The notes below the pieces were generated by a model. The model was not told the origin of the DNA and did not search any database. It saw nothing but the letters and a program-made list of their open reading frames with translations. Source: Entomortierella parvispora E1425 (lineage: Eukaryota > Fungi > Mortierellomycota). From it: DNA of 64,000 bases. Positions 36,696-49,963 of this stretch are shown here, piece after piece (positions within the stretch are counted from its first letter, which is position 1; the number at the start of each line of letters is the position of its first letter). The DNA lies in assembly GCA_020891255.1 (NCBI GenBank), contig BQFW01000010.1, positions 1,240,001 through 1,304,000 on the forward strand, read 5' to 3'. A program made the position numbers and the translations under genes.

Positions 36696-39113
36696 TTAAG
36701 GCCGGGGACGGCTTCCCGACCGAGTTCGCGTCGCTGGCCTACCAGGGTCAGCGTCCATATCAGCCATGTCCGGCATAGACTCCCGACCAGAGGACATGGA
36801 TGACAGCGAACATGTATCAATCGAGTCATCCATGTCCTGGTCCTCTTCATAGCGAGTCGAGCTGGCTTGACTCGCGCCACCAATGCTTGTCTGCTGGACC
36901 GACGTGGTCGAGGATTGGGCTTGGGGTGTTGTGGTCGCGAACAGAGGATACGGCTGGAGGTATTCATTTGAGGGCACGCTGGCGCTGCTGCCATCTACTG
37001 TGACCGGGGCCACAGGATCAGACTCCGTGGGCGGACTGGTTGACCACGAAGAGTAAATGTATGGATTGTTGGAGGACGAGCCCGGACTGGACGACACTGG
37101 GAGATCTGTGGAAAAGACAATCGAGGGCAGGGTCGGGCCGACTATGGAGGGCGAGGACGACATCATGGCTCGCAACTGTTCCTCCTGCTGACGTTGGACT
37201 AGTTGCGACGTGGACAAGGTCGGCGTCGACGCCTGATCATAGTCGTAGTAGTAATAGGCCAAGGATGCATCTCTTTGGATCTCCTGCATTGGTACCTGTG
37301 CCTGTGCCTGAAGCTGAGGAGATGGCTGCGCCCTTGCTAACCGTCCATTGGTCGATCTCCGCACCTGTTGATGAGCAGGCTGGAATGTTGGAGACGGGCA
37401 GGTAGTAGCGGCTCGGCCTGCTGCAGACGATGCTGAGAGAATCGAGCTGCTCCTCCGCTTGGACTGCGACTGGGACTGGCTTGAGACGGCAGTGGCCGAG
37501 GACATGTACGAATCATGGTTGGTGAGGTGTTGCTCCGACAGTCCATCCTCCGAGTCCAGGTTGCCATTGCTGGATCGCCAACATCCGCTCTTGCTCCGCT
37601 CGCTTGTCGCGCACAATGTGCTAGAGTCGCGACCGAGTGTGCGAGAACGATTGCTATCCGAGCGCCTTTGCTGTTCAGCTCTTTGCCCCTGTTCCAGCTC
37701 TGGCTCGCCCTGGCTTGCTTCTTCTTCATCATCTCCATCCAGAACGTTGGAGCGGATAGAGTACGAGTCCGCTGTTGTGCCATCATAGTACTCGTCATCG
37801 TAATACTCGTCTTCCTCTTCCTCTTCTTCCAACGTCGTATCTGTGACCGTCCTGCAGACGAGGAACATGGCGGCGATCGAGAGGGCGCAGAGGATCCAGT
37901 TGGTGATCAAGTAAGCCAGCAAAGGTGTCTGCGCCAAGTCCAGTGGGGCTGCAACGGCACTTCCGAGAGATTGGATCGATTTAAAGAATCCTGCATATCG
38001 GGAAAGCTCATCATGCTTATTAGAGAGGGCGCCCATGAGCCAGTAACAGTACACGGCAAAAGCGGCGTCGCAGAATCCAAACATGGCGTAGATGGCAAGT
38101 GGTCCTGAATAGGAATCTCCATGTTCATAGTCGATCAGATCCGAATCGTTTGGGACCGTCTTGCGCTCCCACTTGTGCTGGATCTGCATCATCAGGGCGC
38201 CAACCCAAGTTGCCATGAATAGGCACGCAATGAACATGAGACCCAACAAGGCCCTCCGTTGTCGCCTCAGTGGGATCCTGTCCAGGAGGGAGCCAATGAC
38301 GAGTGCTCCAATTATCTGTGCAACCCAGAAGAGAATCGAGTTCAAGGAACGGGTCCGGATATTGAAGTGGACGCCATTGAAGTCGTTGAATTGATAGGTG
38401 TAGGAGAAGTTGGAGAAGAAGAAGGCTGGGATAAGGAGAAGCATACGCCAGTCGCAAAAGACCGAGAGGACGGCCACGCCCTCGGCTTTCAGTCCAGCAA
38501 ACTTTGCAATGACAATAGGCTCGCCATTGTCGCGGACAATGCTGGAAGGACGGGCGAGGAAGAAGGCAAGGAGGGTGGCGAGACCCATGATGATCATGTA
38601 GACGACATAGGTGGAGGGAGAAACGTCGTCTTTGTCCATGCCCGGGGCATTGTTCATGACGAGGGGAAGAATGGAGCCGAGAACGGCGCCTAGGTTGAAG
38701 ATGGCCCAGAAGCAAGCTATGTACTTGCCCTTGTTGTCTTCGGTCGGATAGGACATCATCATGGCGCCTTGCGTGACCCAGATACAGCCTGCACCGAGAC
38801 CGAGAAGGATACCGGCAAGAGGGGGATAAGGGGAATGGTCATTGTCTTTGGCGAGCAACATGGAGCCGGCGTAAAGGACAAAAGTTAGTCCTCCGAATGC
38901 GACGCAGGGCCTGGGGCCAACGACGTTGTGTGCTCCCCCAGCGAGCAGGAAGCCGACAATATATGCGATGGAGGATGAGGTGACGGCGAGGTTTTGGGAA
39001 GTGGGCGAGTGCTTGCCAGCGTTGCCGATCGAGGACATTGCATTGAACATGCCAATGGTACCAAAGCAGATGACCCCGATCAAGATGATCTGGCGCATGG
39101 CTATTGAGACCAT
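36696..39113 (-). CDS. UNC-93-like MFS membrane protein with long disordered C-terminal tail (intronless)
   Basis: QIILIGVICFGTIGMFNAMSSIG; LGAGCIWVTQGAMMMSYPTEDNKGKYIACFWAIFNLGAVLG; WRMLLLIPAFFFSNFSYTYQFN; YWLMGALSN...LSRYAGFFKSIQSLG. These motifs are typical of the fungal UNC-93-like family. Confidence 0.9.
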   Translation of the reverse strand: MVSIAMRQIILIGVICFGTIGMFNAMSSIGNAGKHSPTSQNLAVTSSSIAYIVGFLLAGGAHNVVGPRPCVAFGGLTFVLYAGSMLLAKDNDHSPYPPLAGILLGLGAGCIWVTQGAMMMSYPTEDNKGKYIACFWAIFNLGAVLGSILPLVMNNAPGMDKDDVSPSTYVVYMIIMGLATLLAFFLARPSSIVRDNGEPIVIAKFAGLKAEGVAVLSVFCDWRMLLLIPAFFFSNFSYTYQFNDFNGVHFNIRTRSLNSILFWVAQIIGALVIGSLLDRIPLRRQRRALLGLMFIACLFMATWVGALMMQIQHKWERKTVPNDSDLIDYEHGDSYSGPLAIYAMFGFCDAAFAVYCYWLMGALSNKHDELSRYAGFFKSIQSLGSAVAAPLDLAQTPLLAYLITNWILCALSIAAMFLVCRTVTDTTLEEEEEEDEYYDDEYYDGTTADSYSIRSNVLDGDDEEEASQGEPELEQGQRAEQQRRSDSNRSRTLGRDSSTLCATSERSKSGCWRSSNGNLDSEDGLSEQHLTNHDSYMSSATAVSSQSQSQSKRRSSSILSASSAAGRAATTCPSPTFQPAHQQVRRSTNGRLARAQPSPQLQAQAQVPMQEIQRDASLAYYYYDYDQASTPTLSTSQLVQRQQEEQLRAMMSSSPSIVGPTLPSIVFSTDLPVSSSPGSSSNNPYIYSSWSTSPPTESDPVAPVTVDGSSASVPSNEYLQPYPLFATTTPQAQSSTTSVQQTSIGGASQASSTRYEEDQDMDDSIDTCSLSSMSSGRESMPDMADMDADPGRPATRTRSGSRPRP

Positions 39114-39968
39114 GGCAGGCAAGAAGGAGGAGCTCGCTTTTTAGAGTGGAGTGGTTGAAGAGAAGGAGGCGGATAAAAAGGGAGAGGGGCGGTTGAGGAC
39201 AAAGAGGGGAAGAATGAATGAGGGGAGAAAAGAGCGAGAGCGAGGGAGACAAGCGAAGGGGGATCAAGAAAGGAAGATTGCTGATGAAGAAAGGAAGTGG
39301 GTCATTGATGTGGACAGGATGAATTAAAGCAGTGCAAGGAAGAACAAAGAGGCGACAGGAGGAGGAGGAGGGATGAATAGGGTTTTTGTGTTGTCCGTTG
39401 GATGGATGGGAGAGGGGAGAATGTCAAGAGGGGTCGTGCAAGAAGAGAAGAGAAGGAAGGAAGGAGGGAATGGAAAGAAGGGGGGGGTAAAAGAAGAAAG
39501 GGAATGGGACACAGACAGACAGAAAGACAGAAAGACAGACAGAGAACAAGAACAGAAAAGAGAAGAAAGAGAAGGGAAAAGAGAAAGAGAGAGAGAGAGG
39601 AGTGTGTCCATGCAAGCAAGAGAGCGAGATGGGGTAATGGGATCCGATCCTTCTTCCTCTTTTTTCGGTGCCTTCGAGAAGGAGAGTGCTGTGTGTGTGT
39701 GGAGTGTGAGTGTGCAGTGTGCAGTAGCGAGGTGTGAGTGGTGGGCGGTTGATTGATGGATTGATTGATTGCACACCCCTCTCTCCTGGAGCCGTGCCCA
39801 GCAGACTCACTGGCCAGCCAGCCCGCCCAGCCAGTCCACTCAGTGAGTCTAGCATGTTTGACCCCGAAAGGAACAACCTTTTTCTTGTCTCTTGCTGATC
39901 CCCTTCACCCCCCCGCTGGCTCTTTTGGGGGCGATTCACGCGGAGGAAAATCTTTTTTGCAGGGTGTG

Positions 39969-40000
<32 letters not shown>

Positions 40001-42924
40001 CCTGGCTCATCTGTCCCTTTTTGCTCCTTTTTGTTGCCCTCTTCTCTTGCCCTCTTCTCGTGCCCATCATCATAGGTGTGAACAGTGCACTTTGGCTTTT
40101 TCTTTTTTCTCTCTCTCTCTTCTCGATCGGCCCCTCTTCTGTGGATCCAAACCATGCCTATTATTCATCCATTGGCTCTTCTCCTCATCAAGAGACCCTA
40201 CCGTAGTTCATAGTACCCGTCCTCCAGTACCGCATGTACTTTCGATCTCCTCTGTCTCATTCACTCTTGGCTCTCTCACTCCCTCCTTCTTCACTCGTGC
40301 CAAGATTCTCCTTTTCTGTCTTCCGGACACTCCACGTCCGGCGCCCCTTCCGAATCCATATCTCCACTCTCTCAGTCCTTCATTTACAAAGTCACTTCTT
40401 CTCGTTCTTCCTTTTCTTTTTCTCCTGCTTCAAACACGATATCGGACAAAGTCTCGACCTGATTGCAATGTTGTTTTTTTCCTGCGCATACGCAACTATA
40501 TAACCAGGTCAACCTCGTCCCCCCCGTCACTGGGTGGCACTAGCGAGAACAGAAGAGAAAGAAGGGCTCTGACCTCGAAAAATTTGGCTTTTCGTCTACA
40601 TTTGCTACTTTGCTCGGTCGGCTCTTTACTGGATCATCGTAGATCCGCGCGTGTCTCCGTTCTTTCTCCTGGACCCTGGAATAACCCCGCCTCGCCCCCT
40701 CCTCATCATCCCATATATCATTTATTTTATTTCCGTCTCTTTTCCGCCCTTGTGACGGATGAACTTGCCCAACTTTCATGAAATCACGGCCAGATCGCCA
40801 ACAAACAAAAAAAAGCCGTTCCTTTTCGCAACACTTTTCCCCGTCAGCTGGACACCTTCTTGACAACCCCTTTGGTTCTCTCCCTTCTCCTCCCTCTTAT
40901 CTCCACTAGCTTCCTGCATATCCGTTGCTCCGCCTTGGTGCCTAGACATCTTCAAAACCTTGCATGGGCCATTGATCTTCCTTTAATCCGAGCCCGGATC
41001 TTTTTAGACTCGTCCACCATCATCTAGGACACGGTGATCCCTTCCTTTTGTGGTCCTCGTGTCACCTACTCCGTTGAACGCCTAAAAAAAAAAAAAAAAA
41101 AAAAGATACAGTACTAGCACCTTCCCATCCAGAATGTGCACGTTCATTGTCTACTCATCTTTGCCTTGTCCTGTCTTGATCGAGCCGAGCATATCGTACT
41201 CGCGTTAATTCTTCTCCCAGTTCCACATGTCTTCTCGCGTTCAAGCAGGAGTACATGTTGGCCGTGAATTATAGACATGCTAGGCGTACCATATTGGCAT
41301 CGCTACCTTACTATCTTAACCACTGGGGCAGCCACTGTTTCTGAATGCCAAGACATAACACCCCGCCTCATTTTTTTCCGCATTCTTGACTAACCCTCCC
41401 AATATCAGCCCAGAAAACAGCCACGAAGAAGGAAGGGAAAAATGCCAAAAAGGTAAAGACAGGAAGAGGCGCTGGCTTTGTTATGGTGCTTGATATGAGT
41501 TTCGGAGGAGTACCAGACACTCCAGAGCATCTCTGATGAATACACTATATAATGTCCAGCGAGGCCAGGTAGTCGTCAAGGCTATGACGACAAGAAAGGC
41601 GGGCGGTCAAGTCCAGGGATAACCACAATGCGGTGGTGCGTGTGAGACAGGGGTGGATTGTAAGGTCTAGAACTAGAGTCCACTCACTCACAGATGCACA
41701 GGCTCATCGCGTTGCAATTTGTTTAGATGTCATAGGAAGGAAAAAGAGACCCCGCTGTCCTCAACAACAATAACAACAACAACAGCAGCAGCAGCAGCAG
41801 CAGGGGCGGAACATCTTGAACAAGGGAGAAAGAGGGACAAGAAGAGGACAGCAGGTGTTCTTCCGATGCTCTCACGCACCCATCGCTCTACTCTAATACA
41901 AATAGACTACATAGCACAGACAACAACAGAAAGGACGACAACAATAAATGAACAATTATGGAATTTGACCGCGATCATTCTCGTGGGCCATTTTCCCTGA
42001 AGATCGATCGGTCCGAAAAAGATATGATGGAAATACTCTTATTTGTCGTACCGTACTGGCACGTTTTAGGGGACGGCAGGGTTAGGACAGAGTCCGACAG
42101 ACGAGGCGAAGGTAGGAGTGCACCAGTTAGGACAGCTTGGGGACGAAAGAAGCCCGGCGGAGGGGCGGACCAAATTCTTGCTGAAGCTGGAGTACGTGTT
42201 GAGTGGCAGGTGGCAAAAGTGGCGGTGGCGGTGGCGGTGTGAAGCAGATGGTGGCGGAGAAAAAAAAAAAAGAGCAGACAGCACCAACCATCACATATTG
42301 TCGAAAATCAATGTCCCTGTGCACCGCACACTTCACCTTCACCTGCCCTTGGGACCACATTCCCTTTTGCTTGTCTGCTTCATCCCCCTGAGTGCATGCG
42401 CATGCGCTGGCATCGACGGTCTTGTCTCCATCCACACCATACTACCATGCTCACACGACACTCGTCTTCTCCCCTTCTCCTAGTCTTTCGTCCATTCATC
42501 TCTCATTCTTCATTCCTTTTTTTTTCTTTTTTTTTTTTTTTTTTTTTTCTCGCACGTGCCAGGTCTAGCTTGATTAGCTTGCTGGCCCCTGAGTGTGTTT
42601 GCATGCGAATGACAACCTGCTTGCGCGCACCTCGTTCTTCTCGGTCCATCTCTCCTCCTCTCCTTCCCGCATCGCCTTCCTTTGCGTACTTGATTTCTTT
42701 TTGACCGACAATCATACCGACTTCTCTGTCGGGGTTTACTTTTACTTCTGGCTTCCATCTCTCTTCCACGCAGGCTAATTCAGCACATCCTCTTCACTGT
42801 AAACTATACCTCGGAGTCCTTCTTTTCCCCTTCTTCCCTCGGGACAACCACGCGACATACCCCCTCTCTTTTCCTTTCCTTCTCTTTTCTTCTCTCTCTT
42901 CTCTACTATTTCTTTTTTCAGACT

Positions 42925-44419
42925 ATGAACGGATCCTCATACCAGACCATCAATGGTCGCCTACAACAGAATGGGCCTTCCAATCCCGTCTTGGTCCTCG
43001 AGCCTGTCAACGATACCTTTGTGATGAAGTCTCTTGAGTTGCCAGACCAGACCAAGGTCAAGATTGGTCGGCAAACGGGCGTAACCACGGCACCTCATCC
43101 CTCCAATGGTTTCTTTGATTCAAAGGTACTGAGTCGAGTCCACGCAGAAGTATGGTCAGAGAGCGGCAAGGTAAGCAAACCCTCCGTGTTTTTCTTTTTT
43201 TTTTTCGGCACTCCCTCTGCTAGGCGTTCCTTGGTCGACCTATACCTTTTCTAATGCCTTACAATTGAAATGCTCCTGTGCTGTCTAGGTATATATCCGA
43301 GACCTGAAATCCAGCAATGGGACATTCTTAAACGGGAAGCGACTCTGTGCCGAAAACACGGAAAGTGAACCATTTGAGCTGAGTCAGGGCGATAATCTCG
43401 AGTTTGGAATTGACATCTTGGACGAGAATGGTGCCCGTAAGTCGTCGTGCTTTTCTTTGTCTTGCAGGACGTGACCAGGACCTGACATGACTTGACGGAT
43501 TGTCGACAACACAGGAGAAACGGGCATGTGGACGACGAATTATGCAGGCGCTGGACTGTATACGATTCTCATCTTTCTTCCTACACTCTTTCCTCCATGC
43601 ATAGTACTTCACGAGAAAGTATCGTGCAAGATTTACCTATCACGAAAGAATATGCTGACATCCGGGACGGCTCCTCAGGAGTAGGTGTTTCGTCATTACT
43701 GTTATTCGGCTACAACACCATTTGCACGGAAGACAATGGAAACATTGTGCAAGAAGACCCTTGCTAATTGTGGTTTCTTTTCTTGTCCGACTTCATATCC
43801 ATGTCATCAGTTCTATAGCCAAGCAAAAGTTGACGTCGACCCCTGGCCCTGGCGTATACTCTACAAAAACACACTCAACATCAACAGCAGCGTCAGCAGC
43901 AGCGGCAGCAGCGGCCGTGGCCACGCCAGGCGGTCTGAGCGAAAACATTGATTTAATTCTTTCCAGGTTACAAAATGAGCTCACGCGATCACAGGAAACG
44001 TATGCAGACCTTGGGTTTCTGAAGCACGGTCTGCATGAACTGGAAAAGGTCTTTGTTGTGACCACCAACATACAGGATACCAACAATGCCACCTCCTCCA
44101 CCATAGCAGAGCCAGAGGAGATGAAGGATCATTCATCGGGACCAAAGCTGAATGGAGGAGGACAACCCGCAGCCAATACCACAGCCTCTGCCTCGTCGCC
44201 ATCATCATCATCACCCTCTTCATCATCACCACCGCCACAAGCGAACCACCCACCTTTTCAGATCGCGACCGGATCCTCTAACGACCACGATCGGAGCCAG
44301 GTTCGTGCAAACAAATCCCCTCCCTTCACGGAATGATGACATTTGTTTTGGTTTATCTCTCCTGCGTTCATCTCTGCCGCGCCTGCCCAATGTTTTGCCT
44401 GCTTGTCTCACCAATGTTC

Positions 44420-44457
<38 letters not shown>

Positions 44458-45689
44458 CATTTGTTCTTTCATTCTATTTACGTAGGAGCATGCGCATTTA
44501 CAAGAGATCTCGAGACTGACGATCGCTCTTGAAGAGGTGACGGCGGAGCTTGGAAATTCCATAGAACGGATCCAAACGTTGGAGCGACAGTTGAATGAGG
44601 AGCGGCAAGTCTTTGAGGAGGAGCAACAAAATCATTTCCAGCAGCAACTGGAGGCGGACCGGACTCGGGAGCGGTTGGATCAATTGACGGCCGAGCTGGA
44701 TCAAGTGTCGCAGAGGCACAGAACAGAGCTAGAAACGGCCGTGACAGAACTCGAGGCGACCCATAAGGAGCACGTGGATCGGTTAGTTTTGGAGGCGGAT
44801 CAGGAGCATGAGACGCTGGCAAAGGAGTTGAGGAATGTTCATACAGAAGAGCTGGAGAAGCTGGAGAGTCTCAGGGTAGAGGAGACAAGAGTCCTAGAGA
44901 AGGAATTAAGGGAGGTCAAGCAACAATTACAGAATTCACAGAAAGAATCTCAACAACATCAGCATCCACAACAATTACAGCATCAGCAACCGCGGGAGCA
45001 AGAACAACAGGATATTCCTGCCACCAGAGATGATAGAGACTCTATTCCAGAGAGTCATGAGGAGCACTTGGCCCAGATGGCTGCAGTTCGGAAAGAGCTG
45101 GCCAGGGCACACAAGGAGATTCAGGAGCTGAAGAAAGATCGACAAGGATGGAAACCTCATCTACAAGAAGAGGATTATAGCAGCAACGGCAACGGCCACG
45201 GCAACGGCCATCACAATACCAATGGCGATAGTAATGGTTCTCTAGAAACGCTCACGCCAAACTCGACGACGTCTGAAGAGGGTCAGGACACTGCAAAGTC
45301 AAAATCAATCTCCTCTGAGGGAGCATCGGACGTAGGAGCAGCTACGGCAGCTTGGGTGCAAGATACCAGCCGAAGCGAGGGTGATACAGGGCAAGAGTTT
45401 TCATGGACACAATTTGCGTTTCCCATGGACAAGCGGAATCAGGCGTTTATCAGCCAGGTAAAGGCAAGCTTCAGAAGCTGGATGAACGGAGGGGACGTAT
45501 CGATAAAGTTGTTTGAGAGTGTGTCTAGTTCTTTGACATTAACGAGCGAGCGTCTTTTCTTTCTTTCTTTCTTTCAATTTGCGCCTGCAACCTTAGCCGC
45601 CCTCAACGATGCTTCTCTCTGGCGTGTTTCTACTCATTGGCCTAGGCGTCTATGCACTGTGGCATAAAGCCGGAATGCCGGGCTACTGA
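42925..45689 (+). CDS. FHA-domain, coiled-coil, tail-anchored protein (SLMAP/Vps64-Far10/Csc1-like STRIPAK subunit)
   Basis: FHA: VKIGRQT...FDSKVLSRVHAEVW..GKVYIRDLKSSNGTFLNG. A long coiled coil follows. The last exon (after ccttag at 45596) reads PPSTMLLSGVFLLIGLGVYALWHKAGMPGY* (TM anchor). Confidence 0.85.
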
Positions 45690-46444
45690 ACGAAACAGGA
45701 ATAAAAAAAACAAGAGGCCCTCCATACATACATACACGTGACCACGAAAACGTTGCAGTTTTTTCTCGAAGGGAAAGAGAAAAGTCTGAAAAGAGAGAAA
45801 AAAAAAGAAAGTTCTTGAGAGCGGGGTTGTGGAGAAGAAGCAGGGACGATCCTAGGATGTGGAGGGGGAGAGAACAGCAGAGAAAATGAGAAAATGCAAC
45901 GACGGGGACGGGGGTCCGTGGCCGATCATTTTCCTGAAGGGCGGCTCAGCAGGTTCGGTTATCGGAGAGAGAGCAACCTTGTTTCTCTGCAGCAGCAGCA
46001 GGCCGGTTCACCTCACAGAAGGAGAGACGAGGAGAAAGAGAACAAAGAGACGACGTGTGTGTGGATAAATCGCTATCCGGTGGTGCGCGTTCGCTGGCTC
46101 GGGCAAGCAGCTCATTTGCCCGGTCAAGGAGGGTCGTCGTGTTTGGTTGTCTTTACCCCAGCCGTTTTTCGTTTTTTGTAGGGTTCAGAGGAGAGACCAT
46201 AAAAAACCCTACGGAGCTGATGCCCCTTTCCTCTTGTCTCCTCCATTCCCTTTCCTCCCTCTCTCACTCTCCATTGCACCATCTTTTCTCGACTCTTATT
46301 CTCATTCCCTTTTCTCTTCTCTCGTTCTCTCCTGTCTCTTCTCTCATCGCCCCATCCATTCACTTTACAATTCATTGGTGCGTGACACTTTAATTTTTTT
46401 TTCTTTTTTTTTCTTTGCCTTCTTTCATCTCCACCTCGAATATC

Positions 46445-48937
46445 ATGTCCGCCCTTCGATTCCCTAACCTCCCCCCTTCAGAGCCCCAAGGGAGAAATCT
46501 TCTCGCCGAGGAGCGCGCCAACACCACCTTCAGCGTCCATGAGCTCTCGACCTTCCTCTACGGTGAGGCCCATCTCGAGCGTCAGGAACGTCTTTTGGCC
46601 TTGATCGAGAATGAACCCGCCTTTGACAAGTCCCGACGGTACTTCCGAGGCCGATCCGAACGATTCGCGGCCGCGCTCAAGAAGGACCATGCCCTCGTCC
46701 GTATGTCTCAAAAGCATCAGTTCACGCAGGAGGAGATGATGCATGCCGAGTCCTTGATCGATGAGGCCGGTCCGTTTGGACTGCATCGCGGCATGTTTAT
46801 GCCCACGTTGGCGGCTCAGTGCAATGATGAGCAGTTGGAAAGGTTCTTGAAGCCGGCACAACGCTATGAGATCATTGGATGTTATGCTCAGACGGAATTG
46901 GGTCATGGGTCCAATGTTCAGGGAATCGAAACCACGGCCACGTACCTGCCAGAGTCGGATGAGTTTGAGATCCACACACCGTTCTTGACGGCGTCCAAGT
47001 GGTGGATCGGTGGTTTGGGCAAGGCTGCCAACCATGCGGTCGTGATGGCGAGATTGATCACGGCCGGTAAGGATCATGGTCCCCATGCGTTCGTGGTCCC
47101 CATTCGCTCGATGGAAGACCATACGTTGCTCCCTGGTGTCATGGCCGGAGACATTGGGCCCAAGTTTGGGTAAGCTCTTCTTTTGTTGGATGAATGATAT
47201 GATGATATGAAGCCAAAGGGGAGACATGCAATCGGACGACAACGGCGGCTCGGTCAACAATACCAAAAAAATAATTCTGGTCAAAGTGATATTTGTTATG
47301 ATCGATCGGATCGACCGTGGGACAAAGGCACCAAGACCAATTGGCGAATTGTGTGCATGTGCTCCATTTCCGCCTGCATGTCATGTCCTTCAGGGACCTA
47401 GAAAGTCTCCGAATTGGTTGGTGCATCAAACTAACTTGTACTTTCCAAATAGATACAACACTACGGATAACGGCTGCATGTGGTTCGACCACTACCGCGT
47501 TCCCCGCATCTCGCTATTGGCCAAGTACTCAAGCGTGAAGCCAGGTTCTGGCGAATACATCAACCCCCCAAATGCCAAGCTCTCCTATGGTACTATGGTC
47601 CTCGTCCGCGCCTCCTTGGTGGGTTCTGCGCGTCAAGGAATGGCCAAGGCCGTGACGATTGCCACCCGTTACTCTGCCATCCGTCGTCAGTTTGTCGACA
47701 AGGATTCGCCAAAGGTGTTGGAGGAATCCGGTCAAGTGGTCGAGACTCCCGTCTTGGATTACTCGATGCAGCAATACCGCCTGTTCCCCATCATTGCCGC
47801 CGCATATGCTTGCTTCTTCACCAGCAAGGAGATGATGCGCTTGTACTATCTTAATATGAAGAACATGGCCGCTGGTGACTTTTCGCTCTTGGCCGATGTC
47901 CATGCTTCTAGCTCTGGTCTCAAGTCTTTGACTACTACCATGGCTGCTGCCTCCATCGAGGAGTGCAGACGCGCTTGCGGTGGACATGGATTCTCAGTCT
48001 TCTCGGGTCTTCCTTTGCTGTTACAGGACTATGGTAAGAATGCTCACTGGAACAGAATCAGGAGCGTGGGATTTATTTCTTCAGTCGGTTCGTTGCTAAC
48101 CACAGTCTACTCATTCTGTTTGTAGTTCCCAACGTCACTTGGGAGGGCGACAACTACATGATCACCCAGCAGACGGGACGTTACCTCTTCAAGTCCTTCC
48201 GTGACTTGGTCGCCAAGCGTGCGTCTGGAAAGTTCAAGGCGAGTCAGATTACGAACCCTACCTTGGCCTACATGAACACGTACCTTGACAACCCCGGCCT
48301 TAAATGCCCCGCCACGACCCCCGGTCAATTCCACAACCCCGAATTACAGCTTGCTGCCTTTGGTCATCGCGCAGCCTCGCTGGTGGCCCAGATCGTGCAC
48401 GCCTTGGATGTTGAGAAGCGCACCTGGAACTCGATGTTGGTCGATATTTACAATGTCTCGGTCGCTCACTGTCAATTGATCCTTGTCCAAAACTTTATCC
48501 TCGGGATCCGTGGAGAGATGCCTCAGCCTGAGGGTATGCCCGCTTTGACGCCCTTGTCCGCGGCTGCCAAGGAGGGATTGAGGGATCTTTCGGATCTGTT
48601 TGCGATGCACACGATCCATAAGCAGCCCGGCGAGTTCTTGACCTCGGGTTACTTGGATGCCAAGCAGATTGCGCTCTTGGGAGAGGCGATCATGGAGTTG
48701 ATGGAGAAGAAGGTCCGTAGGAACGCTATTGGCTTTGTGGACGCTTTTGCATTCCCAGATTATCTCTTGAACAGTGCCTTGGGTCGCTTTGATGGAAAGG
48801 TCTATGAGGCTTACACGGACATGGCCACCAAGGAGCCTTTGAACCAGACCGAGGTCGTCGAGGGATATGCAGAGTACATCAAGCCCTATACCAACCCCAA
48901 GAACCTCTCGGGCAAGACCATGCAAGCTCGTCTTTAA
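46445..48937 (+). CDS. POX1: Peroxisomal acyl-CoA oxidase (3 exons)
   Basis: IIGCYAQTELGHGSNVQGIETTATY; KWWIGGLG; GDIGPKFG-YNTTDNG; RRACGGHGFS; VTWEGDNYMI; SALGRFDGKVYE; C-terminal PTS1-like ARL*. Confidence 0.95.
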
Positions 48938-49963
48938 TGGATCCTTGTCTCTTATTCCCCCATCCCAGCCCCTTGGAAATCTCTTAGAATCAATATATAT
49001 ATATATAGTCGTCCCATTTGTCTTTGCACCAAAAGAAGGGTCGCGGTGCACCCACTTCTGACAGTGAAATCCTCCCACTTCCGGAGGGTCGGCGGTGATT
49101 TCACCGGTGGCTGACCCTGGTGTCTGGGACTGGCATATGTGTTTGGCTTGTCAACTGTCTTCGTCTTCAATGAACTTGTTGAGTGCTTGTTCAAAGCAAC
49201 TTTTGAGATCGGGACATTCCACAGATGTTCGCCCAGTGGTGGCAGCCATGTCTGAGAGGGGGGAGGAGGGTGAGTCGGTCTTGATTCCTGTAAATCCTGC
49301 AACACAGCAACACAGCTTGCAGCCAAAGCTCAAAGACCTATCCAAAAGGAAGAAGCCCTGGATGATCTGCGATTCGGGGGGGGGGGGGGGAAACAATGGA
49401 CAAGGACAGAATGGAGCATGACATTTTCGTTCAGGTGCAGGAACGATCCTATTTATTCCCAAAACAAACAAAAAAAAGTCGACAAAACCCTGCATCCCAA
49501 AAGTCGACGAGCAAAAACCCCATTGTTGGCTGTTGCAACAAGATCCTGTTACTTTTTGTTTTTTTTTCACTGTTGTTGCTCTGCATACATGCATGCATGC
49601 ATGAATTTATTGTGTCAAAAAAAAAAAAAAATCTGGCTAAACTAACTTCCAAGCGAGGACCCAGGGCCATAGACAAAAAGGACCCCTTCAACCTTCTTTG
49701 ACAAGGACTCATTCAACATGTCATTTTAATTATTGTTTCTGTCATTACATGGAGAACAGGGACTCGTCTTCATTTTCACCCGCAATCATAAAAAAATGAA
49801 ATCTCTTTTATGAACATGCCAAGTCATTTGTTGAATGGAAGGAGGAAGGAAGGAGGAGGAGGAGGGGGAGAAAGACAGGGAAGGGGAAATGAAGAAAAAG
49901 TGGTATATAGGAAAACATATCAAACGGATCAAAAAAACACGTCTAGGGATCTTTGATGTCTCC

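Noticed and set aside
39765-40781. 338-aa ORF and similar L/S/F- or K/R/E-rich ORFs in intergenic DNA (e.g. 6400-8500, 16444-17208, 55800-56820)
   Set aside because: Composition reflects pyrimidine/purine tracts and SSRs. There are no domain motifs or convincing splice structure.
47172-47452. ATGATGA (C-box-like) in the long acyl-CoA oxidase intron
   Set aside because: No downstream CTGA D box or terminal stem was found, so a snoRNA is not supported.
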